Program-made: the position numbers and the translations under genes
Assembly: GCA_015064505.1 (NCBI GenBank)
Contig: SVSB01000002.1
Location: 47,229-111,228 of the forward strand
Length of the DNA: 64,000 bases
Reading direction: 5' to 3'
From: Oscillospiraceae bacterium
GTDB taxonomy: Bacteria; Bacillota; Clostridia; Oscillospirales; CAG-272
In this document: positions 63,838-64,000 of the stretch, one piece after another
Layout: each line of letters begins with the position of its first letter
Numbering within the stretch: the first letter of the stretch is position 1
Notes under the pieces: model-generated
Told to the model about the DNA's origin: nothing
Seen by the model: the letters and a program-made list of their open reading frames with translations, nothing else
The model's database searches: none

Positions 63838-64000
63838 TAATAAAAGCACCGCAGAGAAGAAATTCTCTGCGGTGCTCAGTCTGTCGAAAAAGTCACTCTA
63901 CGGGGTGGCTTTTTTGCGTTAGATATGGTATAATAGAAGCAAGAAAAGACAGGCGGTGAAAGAATGTTAAGCAGAGGACAAAACGGAAGAGATATAATGC

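Noticed and set aside
63845-63876. Hairpin after the SGNH hydrolase as a terminator.
   Set aside because: It is a good 12-bp stem, but it is not followed by a U-tract on the plus strand. It is listed only as a possible weak terminator, not as a feature.
1-64000. CRISPR arrays, rRNA operons, transposases or integrases, prophage structural genes.
   Set aside because: I scanned for direct repeats with regular spacers, and for DDE, tyrosine-recombinase and capsid/terminase-like ORFs. Besides the TEPV coding repeat, none were found.

Overview
This 64 kb window looks like chromosome from a spore-forming, Gram-positive Firmicute, probably a gut Clostridia such as Oscillospiraceae or Lachnospiraceae. 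Supporting evidence:
- Lipobox lipoproteins with Pro/Thr-rich linkers.
- An SLH-anchored giant surface protein.
- The spoVFA-spoVFB (dipicolinate synthase) pair.
- Strong AGGAGG ribosome-binding sites (RBS).
- Classical hairpin terminators.

Many six-frame ORFs are antisense artefacts of high-GC coding strands, and I discarded them.

Gene content, left to right:
- 1-10.8 kb: a glycan-degradation locus.
  - Three tandem paralog pairs of Asp-box (SxDxGxTW) 'sialidase-like' beta-propeller proteins; one carries a 32-copy TEPV 12-nt tandem repeat and one lacks a signal peptide.
  - A cytoplasmic GH2 glycosidase.
  - A SASA-type sialate O-acetylesterase.
- 10.8-19.9 kb: small regulators and other accessory genes.
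  - An XRE HTH gene behind a structured leader with a 19-codon uORF.
  - A GH10 xylanase-like gene with a divergent AraC regulator.
  - A LytTR regulator / membrane protein pair plus a tiny lipoprotein.
  - A DUF4143 AAA ATPase.
- 20.0-28.0 kb: housekeeping genes, including metNIQ, malic enzyme and three CNNM/CorC-type paralogs.
- 28.0-31.8 kb: the third Asp-box pair (BNR + CBM9-like lipoproteins).
- 31.8-37.4 kb, the most unusual block:
  - A minus-strand operon orphan-ORF -> cytoplasmic SPFH/band-7 protein -> RtcB RNA ligase.
  - Directly upstream, an intergenic region carrying a 3' half of a tRNA-Asn(GUU)-like sequence (anticodon arm, variable loop, T-arm and acceptor 3' strand, with no 5' half).
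  - Upstream of that, two translationally coupled WYL-WCX regulators (PafBC-like).
  - I read this as a candidate WYL-controlled RNA-repair / stress-response module sitting at a tRNA-derived integration scar.
- 37.6-63.8 kb:
  - An Opp-type peptide ABC system with greatly enlarged components (OppD 721 aa, OppA 847 aa).
  - Oligoendopeptidase F.
  - spoVFAB.
  - A 2217-aa SLH / Flg_new-repeat surface protein.
  - AraC + GH39 + membrane-anchored GH43.
  - A MATE efflux pump.
  - An SGNH hydrolase.

I saw no CRISPR array, no rRNA genes, no intact tRNA genes and no transposase or integrase genes.
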